A stretch of DNA of 62,536 nucleotides from a virus (IMGVR_UViG_3300017991_000116:1-62536); one strand, 5' to 3'. Numbered from the stretch's first letter, positions 45,494 to 53,845 are shown. Program-made: numbers and translations. The notes: generated by a model not told the origin, from the letters alone.

Positions 45494-45831
45494 TGGTGAA
45501 GAACTACGTCCGACTGCTCGTGCTGGGAGTTTTCGCTTTGCTGCTCGTGGGCTGCCCGCCCCCGCAGCCGAAGCCTCCCGTCGAGCCTGACCAACCGTAT
45601 GAGCCCGACCCGCCTGTCGACGGCGATCCGGCCGAGGCTGCCTGCGCGAAGTTCGAGGAACTGAAGTGCGTCTCGAGGGACGGCCGCAACCTCTGGGAGG
45701 ACACGCCGGGGGGAGTTTCCTGTCCCGACGTCTTCCGGAACGCCGAGAAGAACGGGGTCGACCTGCACCCCGCGTGCATTGCCCACATAACGAAGTGTGA
45801 GCAGCGCCACGACTGCACGGCCAAGCCCTAG
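45490..45831 (+). CDS. Pro/Cys-rich lipoprotein
   Basis: LLVG-C lipobox, Pro-rich linker, six further Cys. Confidence 0.7.
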   Translation: MMVKNYVRLLVLGVFALLLVGCPPPQPKPPVEPDQPYEPDPPVDGDPAEAACAKFEELKCVSRDGRNLWEDTPGGVSCPDVFRNAEKNGVDLHPACIAHITKCEQRHDCTAKP

Positions 45832-46097
45832 TCACGCAGCTCCGCCTGGTTCACCCCGCCCTTCGAGAAGAATTCCACGTACCTCTGATGGTGCGCCGGC
45901 TCGCCCTCGAGCACGACGAGTTGGCACTGCCCGCAGTACCACTTCGTGTTCTTGGGCCACATGAAGCCCTCCCACTCCTCTTCTTCGCGGACCTCGGGGG
46001 TCATCTCGAGCATCGACGAGTTGCAACACTTGCAGACGGGGTCGTCGGTGAACCGCATGTCGATGGTGCCGTCTTCTTCAATCACTATGCTTGGCAT
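45828..46097 (-). CDS. Zinc-ribbon hypothetical protein
   Basis: CKCC...CGQC. Confidence 0.5.
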   Translation of the reverse strand: MPSIVIEEDGTIDMRFTDDPVCKCCNSSMLEMTPEVREEEEWEGFMWPKNTKWYCGQCQLVVLEGEPAHHQRYVEFFSKGGVNQAELRD

Positions 46098-46419
46098 GGT
46101 CGTCTTGATCTTTCTGGTGCTCTTCCCAGGCCACGATGCGCTCGCCCGTCTCTTCGCGCAGAGCCTCGAGCGCGCCGTGAATGTCCGGTCCCTCGAGCAA
46201 GTGCATGTGGGGTTCCAGCACGTCGAGCAGGGTCGCGGCCTTGTTCGTGATCTCGTCCTCGTCGGCGAGCGTCAGGGCCATGAGCTCCTTGACGTCGGCC
46301 AGCCACGCGACGAAGTCCTCGCGCAGCGTGCGATCGGCTTCTGCCTTGTCCATGGGCTCCGTGAGCCACTTCTGGCACTTGGCCGCGAGCTCGAGGCGTT
46401 TCAGGAGGTTCGATTCCAT
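46078..46419 (-). CDS. Hypothetical protein
   Basis: Start MESNLL right after upstream stop. Confidence 0.5.
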   Translation of the reverse strand: MESNLLKRLELAAKCQKWLTEPMDKAEADRTLREDFVAWLADVKELMALTLADEDEITNKAATLLDVLEPHMHLLEGPDIHGALEALREETGERIVAWEEHQKDQDDHAKHSD

Positions 46420-46420
46420 C

Positions 46421-46708
46421 TCAGTCGTCGTCCTCGTCATCATCCTCGTCGTCATCACCGAAGTAGCCGTCATCCTCTTCTTCTTTGACTTCGATCAAAC
46501 CCCTGAGCTGCTTGACTGCTTCTTCGAAGGAGGCACACGCCCTCGTGGTGAAGGACCCCAAGATGAGCTGGTACTGGACCTCGCCCTTCTCGGAGAAGAG
46601 GACTCCCATCTTCACCATCCTGTAGTTGTAGGTCCACCCGTGCACCTCGTGCACCATCTCGGCGAACTCTTTCGCGATCTTCTTGAACTCTTCGTGGCTA
46701 ACGGTCAT
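46421..46708 (-). CDS. Hypothetical protein with acidic tail
   Basis: AAGGAGGT RBS, first gene after a consensus promoter. Confidence 0.6.
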   Translation of the reverse strand: MTVSHEEFKKIAKEFAEMVHEVHGWTYNYRMVKMGVLFSEKGEVQYQLILGSFTTRACASFEEAVKQLRGLIEVKEEEDDGYFGDDDEDDDEDDD

Positions 46709-46727
46709 CTCTCTACCTCCTTTTACC

Positions 46728-46756
46728 ATTATAGCAAGTAGACGCCCGATTGTCAA
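46728..46756 (-). promoter_or_regulatory. Consensus sigma70 promoter
   Basis: TTGACA-17-TATAAT with extended -10 TG. Confidence 0.85.
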
Positions 46757-46782
46757 GGCTTCTGACGGCCTTCAGGAGGAAT

Positions 46783-47154
46783 TCACACCGCGCACAGGAC
46801 GGCACGGGTCGGACCCCCGCAGCGGGGGCAGGAAGGGCCATCTGAGTCGAAGCTCGGGCCCTTCACGACGACACCCTCGATCGGCTCGCCGGGACCGTCG
46901 CCCCCGTAGTTCTCGTGCCAGCCGCAGTGCAGCTTCTTGGCACGCTCGATGTGCTTGCACTCGCCACCCTTGCTCTTGAGCCGGTGCTGCCAGTGGGGGC
47001 ACGTGCACGAGAAGCCGTGGGAGGTGAGGGTCTCCGGGTCAAAGGTCGGTGCGAAGCGCACGGTGTAGACCTTCCCGCTCGAGGAGGTGACCTCCGCCTC
47101 CCAGAGCTCGTTGGAGCCGCACATCCAGAAGGACTCGATGGTGAAATCAGGCAT
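46783..47154 (-). CDS. SWIM zinc-finger protein
   Basis: YTV...FSCTCPHW...CKHI plus CPRC. Confidence 0.75.
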   Translation of the reverse strand: MPDFTIESFWMCGSNELWEAEVTSSSGKVYTVRFAPTFDPETLTSHGFSCTCPHWQHRLKSKGGECKHIERAKKLHCGWHENYGGDGPGEPIEGVVVKGPSFDSDGPSCPRCGGPTRAVLCAV

Positions 47155-47350
47155 TGCGGGCTTCCTTCTTGTCGGCCGCGCGGCGCAGCTTCTTGCTGGC
47201 GGCCTTGACCTCGTGGCGGTAGCCGTAGCCGCCCCCACCGTTCTTCGCCCCGTTGTGCTCGGTCTTGTACTTGCCTTGCGCCATCTCGCTGTCCCTCCAC
47301 GCCTCGTAGGCGGCTGCTTGCTCGTCGATGCTCGAGCGCTCGTAGCTCAT
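47147..47350 (-). CDS. Hypothetical protein
   Basis: Coupled short ORF MSYERSS. Confidence 0.5.
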   Translation of the reverse strand: MSYERSSIDEQAAAYEAWRDSEMAQGKYKTEHNGAKNGGGGYGYRHEVKAASKKLRRAADKKEARNA

Positions 47351-47508
47351 TTGTCGTCCTCGTCCTCGGGCATCGGTTCGACGGTGTCCCACAAGAGCAT
47401 CAGGGCAAGGACGGTTCCCTTGGGGATCTCACTCTCCCCGTTCATCAGGTCGAGGATGGTCTTGTCGATCTGTTCCTCGGTGATGACTGGCTTGCGGGAT
47501 GGGGGCAT
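47347..47508 (-). CDS. Small hypothetical protein (53 aa, absent from the ORF track)
   Basis: MPPSRKPVITEEQIDKTILDLMNG...; TGATG and ATGA overlaps at both ends. Confidence 0.6.
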   Translation of the reverse strand: MPPSRKPVITEEQIDKTILDLMNGESEIPKGTVLALMLLWDTVEPMPEDEDDK

Positions 47509-47747
47509 CAGACTCGCTCCTCGGTGACGACGGGGCGACCCTCGTCGTCGGTCGTGGTCGTGAAGGCTCGGTCGCCAATCACGATCCGGGTGTCGGTTGC
47601 GGGGCGCCCTTCCATGACCAGGAAGAAAGCCGCGTTGAGCTGCTCCTCCGAGAATTCGCAGCTCGCCTCGTCGGCACTGTCGCGACGGTCGGCGATCTCG
47701 AAGGCTCGGTCCAGTTCGGAGTCGGAGGCGAAACAGACGGTGTTCAT
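47508..47747 (-). CDS. Hypothetical protein
   Basis: GGAG RBS; first gene after promoter. Confidence 0.55.
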   Translation of the reverse strand: MNTVCFASDSELDRAFEIADRRDSADEASCEFSEEQLNAAFFLVMEGRPATDTRIVIGDRAFTTTTDDEGRPVVTEERV

Positions 47748-47784
47748 GGCGTTCTCCGTGGGGTTGCTGTTGCTCACATCCATC

Positions 47785-47812
47785 AACATATCACATGGGA
47801 GGGGATTGTCAA
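47785..47812 (-). promoter_or_regulatory. Early-type promoter
   Basis: TTGACA-16-TATGTT. Confidence 0.7.
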
Positions 47813-47831
47813 GAGGAAGTCGAAAGAAAGA

Positions 47832-48344
47832 TCACTTTTCTTGTCCGTGCATCGCTTCTAGCTCTTTCACCGCGTGTTTCTGCTCGTCCTCGAGCCAGTT
47901 GGGCAGCCACTCGGGGTCCTCGCAGACGTGGTAGTGCGCGTCGTAGAACCACGCGTTGATCTCGTTGAGCTCCTGCGCCTCCCTGTCGGCGACCCGCTGG
48001 CGGCGCGTGCGCTCGAGATAGCCCTCGGGGTCGGGGTGGCCTGGGGGAGCCATGTCGTGGTCCCCGTCGTTGAAGAACCACCCCTGGTCGCGGGCGTGCA
48101 TGCTCGGACCGGTGTAGCCGGGCTTGCCGGCCGCTTCCCAACACGCCTTGTGGTAGCAGGTCCCGCTGTAGGAGTTCTCGCTCTCGTAGCCGACGCGCCC
48201 GTAGCCGTCGTACTCGCCCATGGCGACCTCGCCCCGGTTGGAGACGATGACCGCGTCCTTCATCCATTCAGTCACGGCGCAGGTGGCCTCCTTGCTCAGC
48301 AAGGGGTGGCCGCAACACTCGCAAAGGTAGCTGAAGAACCCCAT
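47832..48344 (-). CDS. Hypothetical zinc-binding protein
   Basis: MGFFSYLCECC...GEYDGYGRV...HKAC. Confidence 0.6.
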   Translation of the reverse strand: MGFFSYLCECCGHPLLSKEATCAVTEWMKDAVIVSNRGEVAMGEYDGYGRVGYESENSYSGTCYHKACWEAAGKPGYTGPSMHARDQGWFFNDGDHDMAPPGHPDPEGYLERTRRQRVADREAQELNEINAWFYDAHYHVCEDPEWLPNWLEDEQKHAVKELEAMHGQEK

Positions 48345-48345
48345 C

Positions 48346-48759
48346 TCACCCTCCACAGTCCGCATCGACGTTGTAGTTGTAGTCGTCGTAGTCGTCATAG
48401 TCGGGCTCGTAGTCGGGCCCGTCGCACGCCGCCTCGTTCATGTCGTCGAAGAAGCGCTCCTCGATCCAGCGCTCCTCGGTCTCGGTCAGGTCACGCGCCG
48501 TGAAGTCGGGGTAGCCCTCGACACGCACGTTCGAGATCTCGAAGTCGTACTCCTCGGGGTAGCAGTCCTCGGGGGGACCGGAGAGTCGAGCGGGCTCGTA
48601 GTACCCGTAGCAGTCGCACTCGACCTCGAGGATGACCAGGTCCGCGTCCGCGTCCCGGTGGATGCCTTCCTCGGGAACCAGGACCAGGACCGGGAGCTCG
48701 TACTCGTCGAGCTGGATGGTGGCGTAGCGGTCGATCTCGATGGTGGTGGAAGTGGTCAT
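48346..48759 (-). CDS. Acidic hypothetical protein
   Basis: GAGGAG RBS; GPPEDCYPEE motif. Confidence 0.6.
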   Translation of the reverse strand: MTTSTTIEIDRYATIQLDEYELPVLVLVPEEGIHRDADADLVILEVECDCYGYYEPARLSGPPEDCYPEEYDFEISNVRVEGYPDFTARDLTETEERWIEERFFDDMNEAACDGPDYEPDYDDYDDYNYNVDADCGG

Positions 48760-48881
48760 GTTGTCTCCTCGGTGTCCTGTCCTTGGCCGCGAGCCTGGGA
48801 GCCGACCCCAGCCTTCTCACCACTCACCCTGAAGGGCGTCCCCTGGACCTTTTTGGTGGTGCCCGCGTTGCTCATACCTAG

Positions 48882-48909
48882 AACATATCACATAGGAAGC
48901 GATTGTCAA
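48882..48909 (-). promoter_or_regulatory. Early-type promoter
   Basis: TTGACA-16-TATGTT, ATG 6 nt downstream. Confidence 0.7.
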
Positions 48910-48961
48910 GGCAGAACTGATCTTTTATTGATCTTTTCTTGAACGCCTAGGAAACAAGGCG

Positions 48962-49024
48962 AAAAATGCCCATCGGCACGACAGGGCGAGGGGGGTGGGG
49001 GCAGTAACCCTGGAACCGATGGGC
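48962..49024 (-). terminator. Terminator-like hairpin with C-rich loop
   Basis: GCCCATCGG...CAGGG-(CCCCCACCCCCC loop)-CCCTG...CCGATGGGC then ATTTTT. Confidence 0.55.
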
Positions 49025-49062
49025 GGAGGCAAGGAACGAGCCTCGCCGATCACTGTATCACA

Positions 49063-49305
49063 TCAGGAGGCGAGAGCTGCGAAAAGATCCTGGGCGTGCT
49101 CGAGCGAAGTGCACGGGGTGTTGGTCGGCTTCTTCTGGCAGGCGCGGCACAGCTTGGCAGGCTCGAGGCCGGCGAAGGCGCGGCCGCAGCAACTCGAGAC
49201 CCAGACCGTCTCGGCTCCCGTCTCGAAGAACGGCTCGCAGAGCCGCCGTGCAAACTCCCTCGGATCGCCCTTGATCTCTAGCTTCTGTAGTTCGGAGTTT
49301 TCCAT
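49063..49305 (-). CDS. Small Cys-rich protein
   Basis: GGAGG RBS; CC...CRAC. Confidence 0.5.
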   Translation of the reverse strand: MENSELQKLEIKGDPREFARRLCEPFFETGAETVWVSSCCGRAFAGLEPAKLCRACQKKPTNTPCTSLEHAQDLFAALAS

Positions 49306-49306
49306 C

Positions 49307-50284
49307 TCATGTCCTCCACATCTGTTCGAAGTGCTCGGGCTCGAGCGCCTTGCTCATGTTCAGGATGAAGTCGGTCCTGCTCGACTCACGGAGTTTGCCG
49401 AGGAACTCCTCGACCTCCCGCTGGGTGCCGAGGATGCGCTCGAGCTCCTTGAGGCTCCACTCCTCGGCAGGGCGGTCGGTCCCGTAGACGACCGGCGAGC
49501 GGACCCCCAGCTTGGTGACCTCGAACCCCTGCCGGATGATCTCCATCTCCATCCGGCTGAAGGTGACCGCGTCGAACTGGTAGTCGAGCCACGCCTGGAA
49601 CGAGATGGGCGCGAGCCGCTTGGTCATCCCGGCGATGACATTGGCGTACTGCCGCATCTCCCACTGGGCGTGCTCCTCGCACCGGAGCCCCAGGAAGTGC
49701 AGCAGGTTGTGGAGGTCTATCTTCCAGAACCAGTGCGTGTACGTGCTCAGCGGCAGGTCGATTCTCGCGAGCTCCTTGGCGAAGTCGTTCGCGGTGGCCC
49801 ACTCATATAGGTTCTGCGTGTCCTTCCGGTTGCTCCACAGACCCTTGGTCCAGTCGTTGATCTCCTCGGTCTTGAGCCCACCGTCCCGGCCCTGCTTGTT
49901 CGTCTTGCTCTGACGGAGGATGTGCTGCGGCTCGGGGGTGTAGAACACCATCGGCATGATGGAGTACCTGCCGCTCATCTCGTTGAGCGATGCCGTGCGG
50001 TGCCGCACCCACTGACGGGCCACGAACAGCGGCATGCCGCAGTGCAACTTGATCTCGGTCATCTCGAACGGTGACGTGTGCCGGTTGCGCCGCATGTACC
50101 GGAGCAGCCCCTCGGTGTCGCTCTTCTTGCGGGGCTTGGCCCGGTAGCTCGTCCGAGCTGCCTCCTCGTTGGCACCGTCCCCGCCCATGTAGTCCTTCAG
50201 GGCGACGAACCCGTGGTCCAAGACTGGGAAGTAGCGGTCGAGCAGTTCCTCAGCCTCGGGAATCGTCGGTCGTTTGGTTTCCAT
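49307..50284 (-). CDS. thyX: Flavin-dependent thymidylate synthase
   Basis: AARTSY, RHTSPFE, RQWVRHRTASLNEMSGRY, KELAR..LP, HAQWEMR. Confidence 0.97.
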   Translation of the reverse strand: METKRPTIPEAEELLDRYFPVLDHGFVALKDYMGGDGANEEAARTSYRAKPRKKSDTEGLLRYMRRNRHTSPFEMTEIKLHCGMPLFVARQWVRHRTASLNEMSGRYSIMPMVFYTPEPQHILRQSKTNKQGRDGGLKTEEINDWTKGLWSNRKDTQNLYEWATANDFAKELARIDLPLSTYTHWFWKIDLHNLLHFLGLRCEEHAQWEMRQYANVIAGMTKRLAPISFQAWLDYQFDAVTFSRMEMEIIRQGFEVTKLGVRSPVVYGTDRPAEEWSLKELERILGTQREVEEFLGKLRESSRTDFILNMSKALEPEHFEQMWRT

Positions 50285-50534
50285 TCAAGTCCTCCAACTT
50301 CTCGAGCACGCGCTCGAGCTCACGTTTGAAGGGCGCGGCGCTCCGGTCCTCCCCGTCGCGCATTCGGCCCATGTAACAGGTCAGGTTGTACACGAACATG
50401 TCCTCGAACTTCCGGGCGTCCTCGTGGTCGCGCATCAGTTCGCAGAACCGGTTCACGAAGTCGAAAACTTCCTGCCGTAGCTGGCGTTTCAGGTTGGTGT
50501 CGAGGCTGGTGTCCATGTGGCGGATGTGGCTCAT
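50250..50534 (-). CDS. Hypothetical protein
   Basis: Start MSHIRH coupled to upstream stop. Confidence 0.5.
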   Translation of the reverse strand: MSHIRHMDTSLDTNLKRQLRQEVFDFVNRFCELMRDHEDARKFEDMFVYNLTCYMGRMRDGEDRSAAPFKRELERVLEKLEDLNGNQTTDDSRG

Positions 50535-51076
50535 AGCTTCCCCGTCCGGAGCCAGTTGTTGAGATGCCCGACCAGACGGAAGACCTGGTCGTGGGTGATG
50601 GGCAGTTCCTTGTTCCGGGGACCGAACCACAGACGCTCGGAGCCCCCGACGATGTCCTCGAACATCCGGAATGGCTCCTTGTGCGGCCCCGCCAAGAAGG
50701 TGAGCACGGCCCGGCCGAGAACGTCGCGACTGCGCTCGAGCACCTTCTTGCGCCACCTGACCTTCCATCTGATTTCGGGCGGCCAGCACTTGCAGTCGAA
50801 GGGCTTCTGTCCGCACGTCGCGCAGTCGAGCAGTCCGTTGAGCGGGACGTAGATGGGAGAAGGCGGGTTGTCTCGAGGCTCGATCCCAGGCAGGAGTTTG
50901 CCGCAGTACGGGCAGAAGCTCGGGGCCGCAGCTCCTCGCTTCGTGTCCAGCACCCACTTGGGGAACCAGTCCTCGAGCGGCTTGTTGTCGATGATGTCCT
51001 CGGCGACCGACAGCCGGATGGCCTGGTCGGTCTGCATGCGCTTGCAGCAGCCGGGATCGATGAAGAAGTTGCGCAT
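50531..51076 (-). CDS. Cys-rich hypothetical protein
   Basis: CC, FCPYCG, CATC, CKC. Confidence 0.55.
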   Translation of the reverse strand: MRNFFIDPGCCKRMQTDQAIRLSVAEDIIDNKPLEDWFPKWVLDTKRGAAAPSFCPYCGKLLPGIEPRDNPPSPIYVPLNGLLDCATCGQKPFDCKCWPPEIRWKVRWRKKVLERSRDVLGRAVLTFLAGPHKEPFRMFEDIVGGSERLWFGPRNKELPITHDQVFRLVGHLNNWLRTGKL

Positions 51077-51561
51077 CAGATCATGTGCAGCGTGTCGCCC
51101 GGTTCGGGGTCCTTCTGTGGAGGAAGCAGCGGCGCCAGACCCAGTCCGATGTTCTTGCCCCCTACCTCGATGAAGCTCAGCTTCCAGAGCTGGCCGGTGG
51201 TGCTCTTGAGGATGGCCCCTGGCGGCACGAGGTCGGTGTCAGAACGCGCTCCCACCGACACGACGAGCCCTCGGCCCTTGATGCGGTAGACGGCCTTCAC
51301 GGGGTAGTGCTGCGCCTTCAGGGCCTTCTCGGCACGGCGTACGACGATCAGGATCTTGTGGGCCTCGTCGAAGTCCGAGCTCTGTTCGTTGCCCGTGAGC
51401 TTCTCGAAGGGCCGTTCGATCTGACCCTTCCACAGGTCGACCTTGCGCTTGGGGATGGTGACCGTCCCGTCCTCGTTGAGCGTGCTCACCTTGAAGAGGT
51501 GGCGCATCCAATGAGCCCAGGCGCCGTGGGCGTACTCGGCCAGCATCCTCTTGAGCTTCAT
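51076..51561 (-). CDS. Hypothetical phage protein
   Basis: HGAWAHWMRHLF motif; coupled. Confidence 0.55.
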   Translation of the reverse strand: MKLKRMLAEYAHGAWAHWMRHLFKVSTLNEDGTVTIPKRKVDLWKGQIERPFEKLTGNEQSSDFDEAHKILIVVRRAEKALKAQHYPVKAVYRIKGRGLVVSVGARSDTDLVPPGAILKSTTGQLWKLSFIEVGGKNIGLGLAPLLPPQKDPEPGDTLHMI

Positions 51562-51851
51562 CCCTGCCTCCCGCCCGCACTGGCCTCACTTACGAGGATG
51601 AAGTCGAAGGCGAAGTCGTGCCGGGCCTTGATCCGGAAGCAGAAAGACAGGAGCGGCTCGCACCGGACCTCTTCTCCCTCGGGCAGCAACCCGGCCTCGT
51701 GGTCGTTCAGGAACTGGATAGCAGAGGCGTGCTCTTGTTCCTGGGGCAGGCGCACCTCGCACATCTTCTTGCTCCACACGACCCCGTCCTCGTCGATGCA
51801 GGACGTCCAGACTTCGAAGCGACTCAGATGTCTCATGACTTCCTCTTCCAC
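51558..51851 (-). CDS. Hypothetical protein
   Basis: Coupled ORF. Confidence 0.45.
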   Translation of the reverse strand: MEEEVMRHLSRFEVWTSCIDEDGVVWSKKMCEVRLPQEQEHASAIQFLNDHEAGLLPEGEEVRCEPLLSFCFRIKARHDFAFDFILVSEASAGGRQG

Positions 51852-52018
51852 AGGGCTTGTTCAAGCTGGGCTTGACTGGCCAGGTTCTCGTTGAGCGCGT
51901 CCTCGAGCGAGCCCTGCTCCTGCTTGAGCTTCGTGAGCTGGCGCTTGAGGGCCTGGACGGTGGGCGCCTTCTTCGCGGGCTGGCGGGGCTGGAGACAGCT
52001 CGGGCACACCTTGCTCAT
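51833..52018 (-). CDS. Small coiled-coil protein
   Basis: Coupled ORF with GAGGA RBS. Confidence 0.5.
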   Translation of the reverse strand: MSKVCPSCLQPRQPAKKAPTVQALKRQLTKLKQEQGSLEDALNENLASQAQLEQALWKRKS

Positions 52019-52212
52019 CGGGCGTCCTCATGATCGGCTGCCTTGGAGTAGTTGGAGTCGATCCAGAGCACGTCGATGGCTTCCTTCCACCGCTCCTTGC
52101 CCATGATGTCGGTGATCAACCCACGTAGGTTGGAGTAGAAGCAGGCGCCGATGATGACGCCGGTCAGGAGCATCCGGCCGCGCAGGTATTCGGGCCTCGG
52201 TTTGTTTGACAT
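52015..52212 (-). CDS. Small hypothetical protein
   Basis: First gene after promoter, AGGGGA RBS. Confidence 0.5.
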   Translation of the reverse strand: MSNKPRPEYLRGRMLLTGVIIGACFYSNLRGLITDIMGKERWKEAIDVLWIDSNYSKAADHEDAR

Positions 52213-52232
52213 GTACTGTCCCCTATGCGCCT

Positions 52233-52260
52233 AACATATCGCACGGGACGTGATTGTCAA
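52233..52260 (-). promoter_or_regulatory. Early-type promoter
   Basis: TTGACA-16-TATGTT. Confidence 0.7.
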
Positions 52261-52982
52261 GGCTTGCTACGCTTCTTGCCGCCCTTGCTTCCGTACTTGT
52301 CGAAGATGTCGTCGAGCTTCCCCGAGTAGACGTCGAAGCCGTCGTCCGGATCCGGTTCGACGATGTCGTCGGTCCCTTCGGGGAGCTCCTCGCGCTCGCG
52401 CCGCTCGAGTTGCGCGGCGACGAACTGGTCGTGCTCGTCCCACCACTGTGAGTCGTCCTCGAATTCGACGTCGGGGAACAACCGGCTCGGGGGTGCCTCG
52501 CGGCCGAATTCGAAGCTCGTCTGATGGTTCGGGTAGGTGGGGCCCGAGACGATGCGCGAGACGTTCGCACGGTTCGCGGTCGCCTGGTCGAAGCTCCGCT
52601 CGTAGGAACCGTCCAGCTTGCCGTTCGACTGCGCGCGGCGCATGTCGCTCCACACGTCCATGTACGCGTCGTGCCGCCAGTGTCCCGACTCACGCGTGAC
52701 CTCGTTCTTGAAGTTCGTGTAGTCGATGTCTCCGACGACCCTGCGCATGGCGTTCGCCAGTGCCTTCTTGCCGCACTCGCTTCGCCACGGGTAGTCGGCC
52801 TTGCCGTTGAACCAGATCTTGCCCAGTCGACGGCAGTACTTCTTCTTGAAGTCCACGAGGTCTTGCTTGGCGCGGGCTCGGACCAGACAGACGTTCGGCT
52901 TGTCTCGGTGCGCCACGACGCTCAAGAATGCCCACGGGGTGAAAATCCACATGTTGAAACCTTTCTGCTCGACTTGCGCCAC
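52257..52982 (-). CDS. Conserved-looking phage hypothetical protein
   Basis: MWIFTPWAFLSVV...LVRAR...DYPWR...IDYTNFK; true start possibly 52952. Confidence 0.65.
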   Translation of the reverse strand: MAQVEQKGFNMWIFTPWAFLSVVAHRDKPNVCLVRARAKQDLVDFKKKYCRRLGKIWFNGKADYPWRSECGKKALANAMRRVVGDIDYTNFKNEVTRESGHWRHDAYMDVWSDMRRAQSNGKLDGSYERSFDQATANRANVSRIVSGPTYPNHQTSFEFGREAPPSRLFPDVEFEDDSQWWDEHDQFVAAQLERREREELPEGTDDIVEPDPDDGFDVYSGKLDDIFDKYGSKGGKKRSKP

Positions 52983-53017
52983 CGTGGCGCGGGCTATGAG
53001 CTGGCCCTGTTACCTAT

Positions 53018-53045
53018 AACATATCACATGGGCTGTGATTGTCAA
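53018..53045 (-). promoter_or_regulatory. Early-type promoter
   Basis: TTGACA-16-TATGTT. Confidence 0.7.
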
Positions 53046-53054
53046 GAAGAATCG

Positions 53055-53333
53055 TCACTGGGACGGCCGGATGCTCTCGAGCACTTCGCGGCGGAAGCGG
53101 CGGAAGGTGCGGGTCGCCTTCTTGTTGAGGAGCTCGTTCGCTCGAGGGAAGACGTACCACTCGTGCAAGGCAGTGACCGCGTCCCCGAAGCGTTCGGTGA
53201 GCTCGGGGCCTTGCGAGTCGATGCCCCACCGGATGACGAAGTCCTTGCCGTCCAGACAGAGTTGATCTTTGGTGATGCCGGGGGAGCCGTCAGGGGTGAC
53301 AGCGCGGTGCTCGAGAAGGACGCGCAGGGGCAT
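53055..53333 (-). CDS. Hypothetical protein
   Basis: Start MPLRVL, TGATG overlap. Confidence 0.5.
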   Translation of the reverse strand: MPLRVLLEHRAVTPDGSPGITKDQLCLDGKDFVIRWGIDSQGPELTERFGDAVTALHEWYVFPRANELLNKKATRTFRRFRREVLESIRPSQ

Positions 53334-53683
53334 CAGTTCTCTTTCACGATGATGGCGTGGTCGGGCTCGCCGTCCCACACCGCGTAGACGCCGCACTTGA
53401 GCAACGTCTCGACGATGATCTTGCCGCACTGCTCGTAGGGCAAGCCGATGACCCCGTTCGGGGTGGGGACCGGGCCGAAGCAGATGGGGTAGCCACCGTC
53501 AGGCGTCCGGTTCTTGACCGCGTCCTCCGTGAAGAACACGCACCCTCGGACCTGGTAGCCCTTCTGGGTGATTTCGACGGCACGCTCACTGATGGCAGCG
53601 GTCGCGTCGTTGTGTCCGACCTTGAGGCCGGGACGGGCGATGAAGCCGTGGTTGCGTAGTCGGTCGAATGCTGCCTTGATCAT
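53333..53683 (-). CDS. Hypothetical protein
   Basis: AAFDRLRNHGFIAR...WDGEPDHAI; purine-rich RBS. Confidence 0.6.
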   Translation of the reverse strand: MIKAAFDRLRNHGFIARPGLKVGHNDATAAISERAVEITQKGYQVRGCVFFTEDAVKNRTPDGGYPICFGPVPTPNGVIGLPYEQCGKIIVETLLKCGVYAVWDGEPDHAIIVKEN

Positions 53684-53703
53684 GTCTCTTTCCTCTCTTG
53701 GTC

Positions 53704-53842
53704 TCGCAGCTTCAGGGAGGCGCCTCAGCAGCTACCGCGTGGGCGTCCCCTACGGTTCTCCCCTGGATCCTTAGACCCTCTAGGTTGAGATTCCCGAGGG
53801 TCGGAGAGCAAGGCTACTCGAGGCGTCTCCCTCAAGCTGCGA
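53704..53842 (-). ncRNA. Candidate structured ncRNA closed by a ~30-bp imperfect stem
   Basis: Arms 53813-53842 and 53704-53732 are complementary; inner hairpins; no convincing CDS. Confidence 0.55.
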
Positions 53843-53845
53843 CTG

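Noticed and set aside
44213-45835. 540-aa minus-strand ORF
   Set aside because: Shadow of the four motif-bearing plus-strand genes.
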